A stretch of 64,000 nt of DNA from Rhizaria sp. SCN 62-66 (lineage: Eukaryota), in contig MEDY01000013.1 of the NCBI GenBank assembly GCA_001724265.1, positions 1 to 64,000 on the forward strand. The letters run 5' to 3'. The notes beneath the pieces are model-generated. The model had not been told where the DNA came from, did no database searches, and saw only the letters and a list, made by a program, of their open reading frames with translations. Made by a program: the position numbers and the translations under genes. How positions within the stretch are numbered: position 1 is the stretch's first letter; every line of letters begins with the position of its first letter. This document shows, piece by piece, positions 12,033-25,329 of the stretch.

Positions 12033-15000
12033 ATGCTTTCGCCATTCCGGACTCTTTTGAATAAGAATGTGACTCAGAAGTTGCACTCTTACCGGACGAG
12101 CTTCATTGAGATACTCTTGCCTTTAATCTTAATATTCTTTATTGGGCTCTTAAAGACCACGATTTATGACTCATTCCAATTTGATTATGTTGCTTCAAAG
12201 CCGATTGTTGGTCATTTGGATGCAAACTACGCTATGTACAACACATTGTCTCAGACTGACAGGTATGACTTCCTGTTCTGCTTTGTCGGTTCTGATGATG
12301 GTTGGGAGGCTTTTCAGTCATTTTTAACTTCACCCACGAAACCGTTGCCCCCGAATCCTGTTCAAGCCTCTCATGTACATCGGTTTAACTCCCGTGAAGA
12401 CATGCTTGCGTACAACTCAGGCCGGTATAGTATGAAGCCGTTTCTCGTTGGCGTGGTGGAGACGATTACAACGACGCCCAACAAAAAGAAGCTGGTTGCA
12501 TCTTTCGGCGAAGCCACAGAGAGCGCACCAAACACCGCTTCTGCTGTTGGAGATGATGGCGTGTTAATGACGTACAACTATGACTTGTATCAGGATAGTT
12601 CAGTGTCATACCGCTATCACCGCGACGATTTGTACGATATGTCGCAGCGGACCTGGCACACGGATTCGTACATCGTTACGGGGCCGTATGCGGTCATGCA
12701 GGGTATTCAGGCGCATTTACTGCGCAAACACGGCGCTGTGACACTCGAAGCTGTCAACGCCACCCGCAGTGACGGGTCGAGTGATTATGCCAACCGTCGT
12801 GGGAATAGCTCCGCGAGTGCGACTGGTGCTAGTAATCAGCTCAGCATTCTCTCTGTGTCGAAGACGTTTTCATATCACCTTGCCTCTGGAGCGCTTCCCA
12901 AAGGCACTGGCACCAGCTATCTCCGCAACGCCGACACTGTAGTCGCCATTTCGATCTCTATTGCGCTGCTTATCCCGTTTCTTGTTCTGGTCTCATTATT
13001 GGTTGCTGAAAAAGAGACGAAAATGGTTGAAATGCTTCGAATTTCAGGCATCACGTTGCCTCAAATTGCTTTCTCCTGGGCGTGCTATTATGCAGTCGCA
13101 GTGGTCTTCCTTGCTCTTTCAGCGTCGTTTATCTTGAGCTTTATGTTGATTCAAGACACATCAATGATTCTAATTTTTATCACTCTTGTTCTTTGTCTCT
13201 TTAACATGCTCGCAATCTGCATTCTTTTTTCGTCGCTGTTCACATCAACGCGTTCCGCTCAGCTCGTGCTGGCACTCACCCTCGCGCTTTCAATCGCGCT
13301 TATTTCCGCGATCGAATCTGCAAGGACGCGCAATAGCGACACGGACATCACTGACTCGGTCACCGGTTTGCTCGCGTTGTCGTTTGCGCCGACTGGAATG
13401 AAGTTTGCGATTTCATGGCTGATTTACATGAATCGCGTTACCGTGTCGTCGGTCACTCCGTCGGATGCTGACGTGTATATGGACGGGTATTCTTTGACCG
13501 TAAGTTATACGGCGCTGTTGGTGGGAACAGCCGTTTTTTCAATTGTTGGGTTTTATATCAATGCTGTCGAAGCGGCGATGAATGATGGTCACAGCTTATA
13601 CTCCGCAATGCTATTTCCACTGACATCAGTTTTCTCCTGTTTCAGCTGCAAAAACAAGAAGTCGAAGTGTCACAAGAGTGTTGGATTGAAGCAACGTTTC
13701 TCACGCAAATCAACTGTTACTCACGTTACGAGTGACGCTTACAATCACAAGTTGAATGCGTCTGGTGACGATGGGTCTTTTGACGATGATGATGACTGTG
13801 GCGACGACGAGCGCGACCTGTATGCGCAGCCTGCACAGTATCATCGGTGTGCGATTATTGAACACAATCCGTCCAATCTGAACAATGGTAACAGCGAAAA
13901 TAGTAGCCTTACCTCGGAAAGCAGTTGTGTTCGCATAGAGGAGGACAACGAGATCTTGCGTATCCGCAACTTACGCAAAGTATACATGCCTTCAAATGTC
14001 ACCGCAGTGAAGAGACTTAACCTAGATATCCACCGAGGTGAGCTCTTTGCATTGCTTGGGCATAACGGTGCCGGTAAAAGCACGATTCTAAACTCATTGA
14101 CTGGGTTTTGTAAGCCGACACTGGGTAGCGCGAGGATTGACGGCGTCGATGTCCGTATTTGTCGCGATACTGTTACGGACGCATCAAACAACAATATTTG
14201 TTGTGCAACTGTACGAAATTTCTTCAGTAGTGCTGCAGTGGGCCGCTCCCGTTCAAACGCCCCAGCACTTGGCATGTGCCCCCAAGTGGACATCCTGTAC
14301 CCCGACATGACTCCACGCGACCACTTCACTCTTTTCGCAAGGCTACGTGGTGTGCCCGTCAAGCGCGTCCACAAAGAAGTCGATCGCTGGCTTGCTGCTC
14401 TCAACCTACTCGAACTTGCTGACACTCGTGCTGCCGCTGCTGCTGCTGCTTTAGCTGCATCCGCCGCTGCTGCAGCAAACACGACATCACCCATAGCGCA
14501 CACGAAGGCCACTGAAAGCCCACGTTTAAGTTACACACAGGGCAACAAGGGCACTCGCGGTCGTGTTCTCGCAGATGCCCCCGTCAGCACGCTGTCGGGC
14601 GGGCAGCGGCGGTGCGTGTCGCTGGGCATCGCGTTGATCGGCGACCCGAAGCTGGTGATCCTGGACGAGCCGACGGCGGGACTGGACGTCGCGGCGCAGG
14701 CCTCGGTGCGCGCGCTGCTGCAGGAGCAGCGCAGGCACCGCGCGATCCTGCTCACGACGCACTCGATGGAGGAGGCAGAGATATGCGACCGCATCGGCAT
14801 CCTTGCCAACGGCTCGCTGCAGACCGTAGGCTCGAGTCTGTTCCTCAAGCGCACGTTCGGCGCAGGGTACACGCTGACGGTCATGAGGACACCTGAAGAA
14901 ACTCTGACTGAGACAGCCGCGCGTGGCAAGAATGCTGTTGCTGCCGCGGCTGCTGCGCTTGCTGTGCTGGAGCCGACTGCTGCTGAACTGGCTGTGCAGG

Positions 15001-18000
15001 AGGTGACTCGAGTGCGACTGACATTGTCAGGGCGCCGTATTGAACGCGCGCTAACGTCTGCGATGCCTAATCTTGTCACGCTATCTGATTTCGGTGGCGA
15101 GATGACATTTGCGATTCCAACCGAGGCTGCTCCGCATCTGTCTGAGTTTCTAGAACTTATTGAACGCGACAGGGTTGCTTTGTGCATTGAGTCGTTTGCT
15201 GTTTCCGCAACACCGCTTTCAGATGTTTTTTTCACAGTCGCGAACGCTTCTGTGGTTGATGATGACGCTCCCAATGATGTGGTTTTGATTCCGACGGTTC
15301 AAATTAAGACATGCGATTTCGCTACAGATAAGATCACCACGAAGATTAAGGTTAACAACAGCACCATTACAACAGGAAACGTATGTAACCTCGGAGGAAC
15401 GAACACCCATAGGAATATTAATTTTGATCCTACCTAGCCCTTAAACGAACGCGTTAAAGCAATGCTACGCGCATCTGGAAGCGACAACGCTGACGATGGT
15501 GCCGACATCAACGGATTTTATCCAAGTAACGAGGACCTGTGGCAAGATGATTTTGCTGGACGCCGTCTTTACGGCAAGTCGTTATTCTGCTCGATCTTCC
15601 GCGCGCTTTACTACAAACGCGCTCTGATCGCAAGGCGCGATTTTGGCTCAACCTGTTCACAGACAATCGTTCCAATCATTGCTGTCATAGCGTTTTTAGC
15701 TGCAATTTTGTTCGCTGCTATGCCAATCTCAAGCTCACGTGCTCGTGTTGAGTTTTCACTTCAAAATACCTATGGCAGCAAAGATGTACTACCAAAGCTC
15801 CCGCGCTTCTCAATGCCCATGTTCCATGGCACGACTGAAGACGACATTACTAAACTCCGAGAAGATTTCCTGCTGCTGAGTGACGTAAATGCTCATGCTA
15901 TACGTCCGTCTGCCGGTTTGATTGATCCTTCACTTTGTAACTCAACGGATGCATATAATGATGCCTTTAACACTATGTTCGCGACCTACACCGAGTTTCA
16001 GTTTTCGTATGCCGTCGGTCAGTTCTGTCACGCCAGCAATCTTTATCCAAACGTGTCGGTTCCCCAGTTTGGCTTAAACACTTCTCGTACGACAAAGACT
16101 GTCAATTCTATTGCCACAACAAATAGCAAAGCCGGGGTAAGTGTTGTTCACTCTATGTTGTTTGTCAACTCGTCAGTTGCGCTTGCACTCCAGATTGCGA
16201 CGACTGGTCTTGCCAATGCTATGCTTGTTGGTGCTCACCGCCGCCAGTCTGATGCTCTGTCCCCCGGCGAAGCGAAACCTCCACTGGCTCAACTTACTGT
16301 CAGTCACAATATTGTCGGCATCAGCTCTAGTTGGTTCTCGCTTGTTGACTTATTTAATGCATATGTGTATATTGTCAATCTTGTCACTGTAGCAATGATT
16401 GTCCTCGCATCGACTTTTGGCCACGTCATTGTTTTAGAGCGACTGAACTCCTCCAAACAACTGCAGTTGGTATCAGGCGCATCGGCATGGTCGTACTGGA
16501 TTGCGCATGCAGCGTGGGATCTCACAGTCTCACTTTTTGTTTCTGTTCCATGTATTATTGTTTTTTGTTTGATGCTTACGGGCACTGTCAAGACGGTGTT
16601 GCTTGTGATTGTCTCTTTTCTTCTCACAACCATGTCTTCGATTGTGCTAGCTTATTGTGTGGCATTATTTGCTCAGACTCCAAGCAAATGCCAGATATAT
16701 CTGTATGGTATTCACGCCATTTCAACCATTATGTCCGCTGCAATTCTTGTCGTCTTGCTTTTCTCCTCCAATGGATCTGACTTGTTCTCAACGATCGTGA
16801 CGTATGTGTGCTACGTTTTGTACATCTTGCTCTTGTGCACTTCTCCTATGGCATCATTTATTGCATTCATTTATATTTGCATTGGAAACTTGTCATTTGT
16901 ATTGTCATCTACTGCAATGTACGTGTTATTATTTGGTAGCTTCGTTTGTCTGCTGTTTTACTCTGGTCTTCTAATTATTTTCGAGAAACGGACTCGTCAG
17001 GTACGTGCTACTCTAATTTACATTGAAGTACATGTATTATGATATTGTCTGACTTGTAGACTTGTTTTGTGAGGGCGCTATAATAATATTGTTCACTTAA
17101 CTCTATATCATATTTCCGATCACTCAATTCTTTGTTCATGAACTTCACTGCACACTCAGGGATCTGCGGACTTTATCTCTTGCTCCCGACCCCCCGCCGA
17201 GCTCATTAACCCGACGCGCTCCGAACACCAACCGGTGAACGAAGACCCAGATGTCGCTGCAGAGCGCGAGGTAGTGCTCAACGGCGAGCGTGAGAACGCG
17301 ATGTACTACCCCGTGGTGTGCTACGGGCTGCGCAAAGTGTTTCCGCCGCGCCGCTTCCCGCCCGCGCCCGCGCACGTGGCCGTCAGCGACCTGCACTTGG
17401 CTGTCGCCAAGGGCGAGTGCTTTGGCTTGCTGGGATCTAACGGCGCCGGCAAGACGAGCGTGCTGCAGATGCTCACGGGAGGAATGCTGCCTACCTCAGG
17501 CGCTGCCACTGTCAGCGGCTTTGATATCCAAACTGATTCTGCGGACGTCGCTACTGTCGTCGGTTACTGCCCGCAGTTTGACGCCTTTGTGCCACAGCTC
17601 ACAGGCCGCGAGAATTTGGAGTTTTTCGCTCGCCTACGGGGCTTGTCTGGTGAACAGACTAATCTGTACGTGGCTGAGCTGCTGCTTCACCTCACGCTCG
17701 AAGGCTGCGCGGACCGCCCCGCCCAGACATACTCCGGCGGCAACAAACGCAAGCTCTCGGTGGGCATCGCGCTTATTGGTAACCCGCCGATCGTGATCCT
17801 GGACGAACCTTCGACCGGCGTGGACCCGCAGGCGCGGCGCTCGATGTGGCGCCTCATCTCGTCCACGATGGCGCACCGCTCTGTGATCCTAACCACGCAC
17901 TCGATGGAAGAAGCAGAGGCACTGTGTGATCGCGTGTCTATCATGCATGCAGGCACGCTGCAGTGTGTCGGACGCACTGCGTACTTGAAGAACAAGTTTG

Positions 18001-18614
18001 GTGGCGGGTTTCTTATCACGATGTCGAGTGCGAGCACTGACGTGCTTGATAAGGCTACGTTGTTGCTTCAAGAGCATTTCCCCAAGGCTGTCGTGAAAGG
18101 TAAGCGCGGAGTTACAATCAAGGTGTTCCTCCATAGCATCTTAGCTGATACTGTTGCGACACAAGCATTGCACACTGTTATAACTTCACCACAGGCGCAT
18201 GTTACCTCCCATGTGAACGACAGTCACTGTCATGACCGAGATGCCGCTGATGTGTCGGCTGCGTCTGTGTTTGGAGTACTTGAACAAGTCAAGAGTCTGA
18301 CCGGGATCGAGACATATTCGGTTGCTACTTCTACGCTAGAAGATGTATTTCTGCGTATTGTCGCTCCGCAGTACGCGTTGTCTAGCCCTGAAAGCAACGT
18401 GAACAATGTTCACAGTAACACAGATAGTGTCAGTGACAATGATAGCTCTGGTGTCTCAGTCAGCCGGGAAGCAGCATTTAATTCTCGATCAACTACACTG
18501 ACGTCTGCCGCACCAACGCAAGCTATGAACTCTGCGCATTGTTCGCGTCGTAGCGCCCCTGTGAGTGGCATCAGCAAGACAAATGCTCTCGAAGAACCAC
18601 TGCTGCCACAGTAA
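12033..18614 (+). CDS. ABCA: Full-size ABCA-subfamily ABC transporter (TMD-NBD-TMD-NBD, about 2140 aa); exons 12033-17000 and 17160-18614; one internal TAG
   Basis: NBD1 has GHNGAGKS, LSGGQRR, ILDEPTAGLD and TTHSMEEAE. NBD2 has GSNGAGKT, YSGGNKRKLS and LDEPSTGVDP. ABCA-typical TMD motifs include VAEKETKMVEMLRISG and ERLNSSKQLQLVSG. The halves are in frame across TAG 15435-15437. Phase-0 intron 17001-17159 (GTACGT...CAG). Ends in TAA. Confidence 0.9.
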
Positions 18615-19672
18615 GCATTCCAATTTTTCTCGCGCGTGTTAGTCCACCATGCACACATTTTGTTGAACGTGTTATCTAGCTATACATAAATATGCACCAC
18701 AAATACCATAAATCAACCTATTTTCTATTCGAGCTGATATACATTGCGCTGTCGCTGTAATGTCGAGGTTTATATCTTGCACTTAAGCTGCTCACGGTCA
18801 CTTGACCGGCGCTTTGTGGCCACAAAGGGAGAACCGAGCGACGTAGCAGCAAATAAATTTCTCTCTAGCGCATAGCTTCCTCGATATCATGGCCATTTAC
18901 ACGCACGACATACTTAACACGTCATTTCATATTTGGATTATTTATTGAGACTCCCTCAGACTTCTGGAACAACCGGTTTCTGAGCTTGATTTCCGGTCCT
19001 CACTTTGACTCGTCTTTCTTGCCTCCGTCTTTCCTTGCGCCTTCATAGCCTTCTCCACAAGCCTCCTCGATCAGAGCAGTCTTGCCCCACACATCGCCAA
19101 CCCACTTAACTGTTCCGTTTTGCGGTTCGAGTCATCCGGTGTTTCGCTACGCGTCCGCGTTTGTGTGTCGTGAGTGTTCTATCGTTGCTGTCCCTGTGAG
19201 TCGTCGCTCGTGCCGAAGTTTCTTGTGTTGATTGTTGTGTTGTGGCGTGTGTGTGTCGTATCATACTCATCCCTCTTCCAGCGATCTCTCATTTCTCTTT
19301 GTCCCTAGCTCTACATCACAACTTAAGCAACCTTTGACGCTCCTACGCGTTTGGATCGGAACAAAGCCAGCCTCACTCCACCCGCACCTTTCGTCCCCCT
19401 AAGACACACTGTACCCTTCAGCCCCCGCCGCTCGCGCCAGTCCCACTGCCGCCTCAGCCACTCCCCGTCCCCACAACTCTAGCGTTATCGACTTTTACGA
19501 TAACGGTGACGAAAGCAGCAACCTGGACCTCGACGCCCACGACTCAGGCTCGTCACACATCCACCGACCTCTCGCTACCAAGACCACCATAAACCCCGCC
19601 ACCGCCGCGTCCACCGCTGCTGACCCCGACACCGACCCGCTCTCCGCGCTGGCCTTTGATAGTATCCGCATC

Positions 19673-20578
19673 ATGGACCCCGCTGACTGGCAAAACGTGG
19701 CCAACGACGTCGCCTCCACCATCCGCAAGCTCGAGCAGCGCGTCGCCGGACTCGCCACGGGCGCCGCGGGCGCCAACATCGACAAAGAGCGCCGTCAGAT
19801 CAAGCAGAAGATCCCCGGTGTCCGCCAGGATCTGGACAACCTCGACATCGCCGTCGATGAGTACCGCCGTGCCCCAGCGCGCAAGACGGGCTTGACTGAG
19901 CGCGACGTGCAGACGCGCGCGCAGGCCGTGTCGAACATGCGCCAGCAGCTCCGCAAGGTCGAGACCGCCATCACGGGCTCGGCCGGGGCCGCCGCCGACG
20001 CCGCGGGCACGCGCGCTGCGCTGTTCCAGGTATGTACTACAAGGGTTACTTTACAACCTAGTTGTCGCTCCAAGAGCACTCGACACTCTTAAAATTATTT
20101 GGCCGCAAAGTCGATGTCACTATAATATGCAATATTTTAATCCATATTTTATCTGTATTTTGCAACGCTTTCATAGGACTACGCGCCCCCGACAATGAAC
20201 AAGCCGATGGAGGACACGGCCGAGACCGAATTCCTGTCCAACCAAGCGCTGCTGCAGGAGACAAAGCGTCAGACCGAGGAAGAGGACGAGGCGCTCGGGC
20301 AGATCGAGCAGGGCCTGGGCACACTCAAGGGCATCGGTCTGCAGCAGCGCAAGCAGCTGATCAAGCAGGACGGGCTTCTGTCCGAGATGCGCGACGTTAT
20401 GGACAGCACCGATGTGCGGCTTCAGGGCAACATCAAGCGCGTGGACAAGATTGACGAGGGCGCCAAGGGCGGCTGCTGCGCGATTCTCATCATTGTGTTC
20501 TTTATCGGACTCATCGTGTCGCTGCTCGCCAGCGACTGGATCTGCGTCCTCCTTCCCAACACCACCAAGCGCTGCTAA
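19673..20578 (+). CDS. Qc-SNARE (syntaxin-6/8, SYP5-like), 252 aa; exons 19673-20029 and 20177-20578
   Basis: N-terminal helical bundle, then a SNARE heptad EDEALGQIEQGLGTLKGIG...KQDGLLSEMRDVMDSTDVRL with zero-layer Q, then a C-terminal TM segment. Phase-0 intron GTATGT...TAG. Ends in TAA. Confidence 0.85.
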
Positions 20579-20993
20579 ATGCAACGGTAACAATGCTAGA
20601 TGCTAGATTCTAGATGCGTTTTTACAACGCTATGAGCTGCGTATTGGTATGTCTTTGTTTCAGTTTATGTTGATTGAGGTTTAGGTCGTTTATGGTGTGT
20701 TTGAGAAGGGCGTGCTTGGCGGGGCCGGGTGGGAGCGTGCTCTGGAGCTTGACGTGGCGCAACAATGACCTCTAAGTATGTCTAATTTGTTCTCTGTAAC
20801 AGTGTCTTTTTGTAACAATGTTCAATAAAGTATGGGATAATAACGTATGTATCATTGCTTTTATTAATTGATACTTTAATATCTCTATATAGACATAGAC
20901 TGTGAGCTTATAGGTCATCATGGCTGTGTTTTGTAACATGATTCACGTTCACGCAGTTGAAGGCACCGTCATCAAACGGAACTTATGCGTGAC

Positions 20994-23900
20994 TTAAAGC
21001 ATGCGTGGGTTCATCGGTTTGGCCCTATTGCGCAGCGGCATTCCGTCCTCGCCCACTTCATCGTCGCCATTCCCCTCACGAGCGTCTTCGACAGGCCGCG
21101 CGACAGTCGTGAACACAGCGGTTTCCTCGTCGTCATCAGCGGCGTCCGCGCTGTTCTTACTCGCACTCATATCGCCAGTGTTCGTGGTGCCGGCGGGGTC
21201 GTTACTAGAAGCGCTAGACATCGCAGCCATGACCCAGATATCGGAGCGGATCTTGGGGAGACTCATCGTCGAAAGCGCGAGAAAGTGCCATTGCTCGCTG
21301 AAAAACGATAGAAACGCAGGCGCAACCACAAACCCATTCTGACTCGCAGCAGAGACAACGTTAAGTTGTTGTGAGCTAGCGATACGCAGCGGCGCCGCCG
21401 CGAGAGTGAGGCCAGGAATCGGCGCCAGTCCGTTGGCCATTGCCGGTAGGATTGGCACTGCACCAGCGCCGACAACTGCCGTGTTGACACTGCGCGCATT
21501 GGTGTTGCTCGCGGCAGGAGAGGGCGCTGCTGAGGCAGCGGCGGCGGCGGCAACTGCGGCGGCGGCTGAGAAGGCAACGCCAGTAGCAGCAACAGTGCCG
21601 CGCGGGGGCGGCTTATGGGCGTTGCTGCCAACGGGGGGCACGGCGCCGCAGCTAAGTAGCTCGCTGACTAAGTACCGCAGAGACCGCGGCAGCGCGTGGA
21701 ACATGTAAGGGTTAAGGTGGCCCATAGACTTGGAGTTCGCGCACTTAGACGGAGACTTAGTGAGGCGCGTAAGTGCGGCCACGTAGGCGCCCTTAAGCCC
21801 AGTCGCCCACGTCTCGGTGCGCCGCGCATCAGCAGCAACAGCTGACCCGCCCAGAGCAGAATCGCAGTCAGTGACTGTGAGCTGCTCGGCGGGAGTGACC
21901 GTGGGCGCAGTAAGCTCGCCGCGAATGGTCCACAGACCAGCGGCAACGCGGCGCCACAGCATCAACAGCGGAGTCCGTGCAGCAGAGGAGATCAGCACGC
22001 TTTCGGCAGTCGCACCAGCGGTGGTCACGGTGACCAAGCCGCCCGCAGGCTTCGCAGCTGCACTCACAGCGCTAGCGTCAGGATCCATGAACGCACCGGT
22101 GGTAGATTCGGCTGACTCAGGCTTCGCATCGCCCTCTGCCGCCTCAGTCTCAGGTCCAGCCTCGCTCTTTGCAGTCGCAGTTGCATCGCCAGTCTTGCTA
22201 GATCCAGCGGTTGCATTAGGACGGGCAGTGGGCGGATGGCGCGAGCGGATCAGCTGCGACAACGGGTCGACACACGACCGGTGATGCGCCAACAGCGCAA
22301 GCACGAGCGGCCGCGCGCGCGCCGCGCTGGCCAACACCATCGCGACGGTATTCGTATCGCTGCTGCAGATGTCGATCGTGTTGGGGACGGCACGGATGAC
22401 GGCCGAGTTCTTGAGGATCGCCGCCGAGCCCCACACACAGTCGCCGAACACCTCAGGGCAGCGGGTTAACGCGTGTGCAGCTGCGTGCTCACAGTCACCT
22501 GCAACATGATCACAGTCGCTCACAGAGGAGCAGGACGAGTTTTGACCACGAGTGTGACCAGTCTTGCTGCTGGCACTCTCGTTTAAGAGAAGTTCACCCT
22601 TGGCAACGAGATCGAGGAGCGTGTTCATCGTGACCGCGTTCGTCTCGGCAGTGACCGTGGTCGCTGGCATCACGGTCGCGACTGCAAAGCCGATCGCGCG
22701 CATCATTGTGATGCACGTGGCCGTGAGCAGATCGCCGACAAGCTGGGCAGTAGCGGGAGGCAGCTCAGTCGCAGCAGACGCGGCCTGACTTTGATCACGG
22801 CCGCCGAGATACGCAGTGTACAGCGACTGCGCGAGTGCAATGCGCGTGCTGTCAAAGCTCGAGACAGTGGCCAGCTCAGCGTCCGTCGCAGTGGCCACAT
22901 CGGCTGGTGTCTGCGTGAACTGTGAGATCTGAGCACAGCCGTCAGCAATGCTGCTGACGGCGCTAGACGCCGTGAGACTCGTGGCCGATGCAAGGACAAC
23001 GGGGTTGTAGGTCCATTCAGAGCCTTGAGGCATGGGACCGAAGAAGGGCACCGGGAGCGACATTTCAGCGAGCTTGGCGGCCTGCGCCACTGCCGCGGTC
23101 TCCGCAAGAGGCAGGAGAACCGGGATGGCGACACTGTCATCGCGGTAGTGTTCCGTGGCCGCGGCAGTCGCAGCGTCGGGCTTCTTATTGGCGAGGCTGT
23201 CAGCGAGTGCGGATGCAGTCGCAGTGTACTGGTCGCGAGCCGCGGCGACAACCTCAGCGGTGGTCGCGAACGTGAGCGCGCTCGCAGTGGCCTCCACCAG
23301 GCCGGCGTTGCGCATCACATCCGTCGCACTCTCATTAGTACACGTAGTCGTGATGTGGTGAGGGACACAAGACTTATACGCCGCTTGCAAGAAGGTAAGC
23401 CGCGTCTCAATACTCGCACTTGCAGGGACCTCGGTGCACGAGTTAGTCTTGGATTCTGCGTCAACACAAGATCCAGTCGCGCTAGCCATAGGGGGAACAT
23501 GAACAGTCTGAGCTGCAGTGGTCTTGAAGATGTCCAGGATAACAGTGCTGAGAATGCCCGAGACACGTTCCCAGACTTGCGGGTGACTGGACAGAACACA
23601 CAGAGAATCAGTCAAAACATCAAAGTGAGAAAAACATGGCTTTAGGTTCGCAAATGCAAATGGGTTTGACTTCATCGGACAATACATACATAACAATGAC
23701 AGTATTTACGAATAAATGCAATCAAGCAAGTTGATATGGCTGCTACAAACGTACCGAACGTTGACGCCCGAGAGCAGGGAGCCCACGGTCAGCAGCGAGC
23801 CCAGCGGGTCACGCGAGTCGTGTGCAGTGCTTACATCGCCAAACGCGTCCAAGCAGCCTTCTTCAGTCGCATCCGCGCAATCGTCCTGCCCATCACTCTC

Positions 23901-24818
23901 ATCCTCCAAAGCGCCAGCGTTGACACCTGAAGTAGTTTGCTTAGGAGCACCCGAGTTGTTCTTGGCAGCTTCAGCGGACTCGGCCGAACTCACCGCATCC
24001 ACTCCCGCAGAGGCTGCGGCGGAGGCGGGGGCGGGGGCGCTGGCAGAGGCGGCGGCAGAGATCAGCGCCGGCTGCGACATGAGCGTCTCTGCCAGCATCA
24101 GCAGCGCGTCTGGGTCCGTCGGGTCCCTCTCCAGCACCGTCAGCAGCATCGGCGCCGCCACGAACGGCCGCCCCTGGCGGAGCACAGTGCGCGAGAGCAC
24201 GTCCAGCGCAAACTGCATGTACTGCGACCCCGCGCGCTTCTGCGCGGGCGCGGTGAGCATGGCGTAGACGACGCCGTCGGCGACGGCGGCAGCGTGGGTG
24301 TACCGGCCGGCTGCGTAGAGCCACTGGGCGCGGTGCGAGGAGGTCTCGTCGTAGGTCTGGAAGTCACGGGCAAGGTGCCGGAACAGCGTGCGTGGGGGAG
24401 GAATGACAAGGGGGAACGCGCGGCGGACGCGGAAGGATGCCAGCGCGCCGGGAGGTACTGAGGCGACGGTGTTGCTGTCGGCGGAAGAGGAGTCGCTCTC
24501 TTCGGCCGAGTGCCTCCAAAACCACTGTACGCAATAAAAGGAAAGCAAAATGTAGCGAAGTTGCGGATGTACTTATTAGACAGAGTGAATCATGGTTGAG
24601 CACAATGACACCAAATTTAGGTATAAACCCCGTGACATATAGGATGATTAGTGTTTGTGGCGTACGTTGGGGTAGACTAGGTTGGCCTCAAGAGGGTGCG
24701 GACCGTTAGTAATCGAGTCGATGAAGGCATCGTGGCGCTGCTGCATCGCCTCGGAAAGACCACCCTCGGGGATGATAGGCCGCGCAGTTGTGGGCGGCGT
24801 AGGCGCAGTGCCGTACAT
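20994..24818 (-). CDS. Ala-rich protein with a TPR-like N-terminal segment (about 1171 aa); exons 24818-24666, 24524-23755, 23586-20994
   Basis: Introns 24665-24525 (GTACGC...CAG, phase 0) and 23754-23587 (GTACGT...CAG, phase 2) join three ORF fragments in frame. TPR-like helices: ALDVLSRTVLRQGRPFVAAPMLLTVLERDPTDPDALLMLAETL. Ends in TAA. Confidence 0.65.
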
Positions 24819-25329
24819 CTGTGCTCTGAGTTGGCTCGTAAGCGCTGTGTGGTCATAGTGCCGCAAGGTGTCAAACGAAGGGTTTATTGAGACTTCATGA
24901 AACGAAAAATTGGGATATAATTTGATACACAAAACGAATAAGCGTTTAACAAGTCTTAATGGTGGTTGACGAATGTGTGTGATGCAAGAATGTTTTGAAG
25001 TTCGGGGCTTCGGAACGACTGTGAGCGGCTTTGCTGGTGGAGAGATGAGTCAACAAGTCTTTTCGGGAAAGTTACATTACGCTTGACACAACCTTCAAAT
25101 GGTCATCTGTTTGAAATATTGTGCGTTTGTATGAGTTCTTGCCATTCTCTGTTTATTCGAAGCTCTGCAGGCCTTGGTATCATCCCCGATGGACCCTAAG
25201 TCCGTGGCTCCCTTCGCGACCACAAAAGAGCCGTTCGACATTTCCGTCATTACCCCTCCAGAACGTCCCACCAACGTGTATGTCGAGATCCAACATCATC
25301 CCGCTGCTACAAGCGCTACATAATTACCA

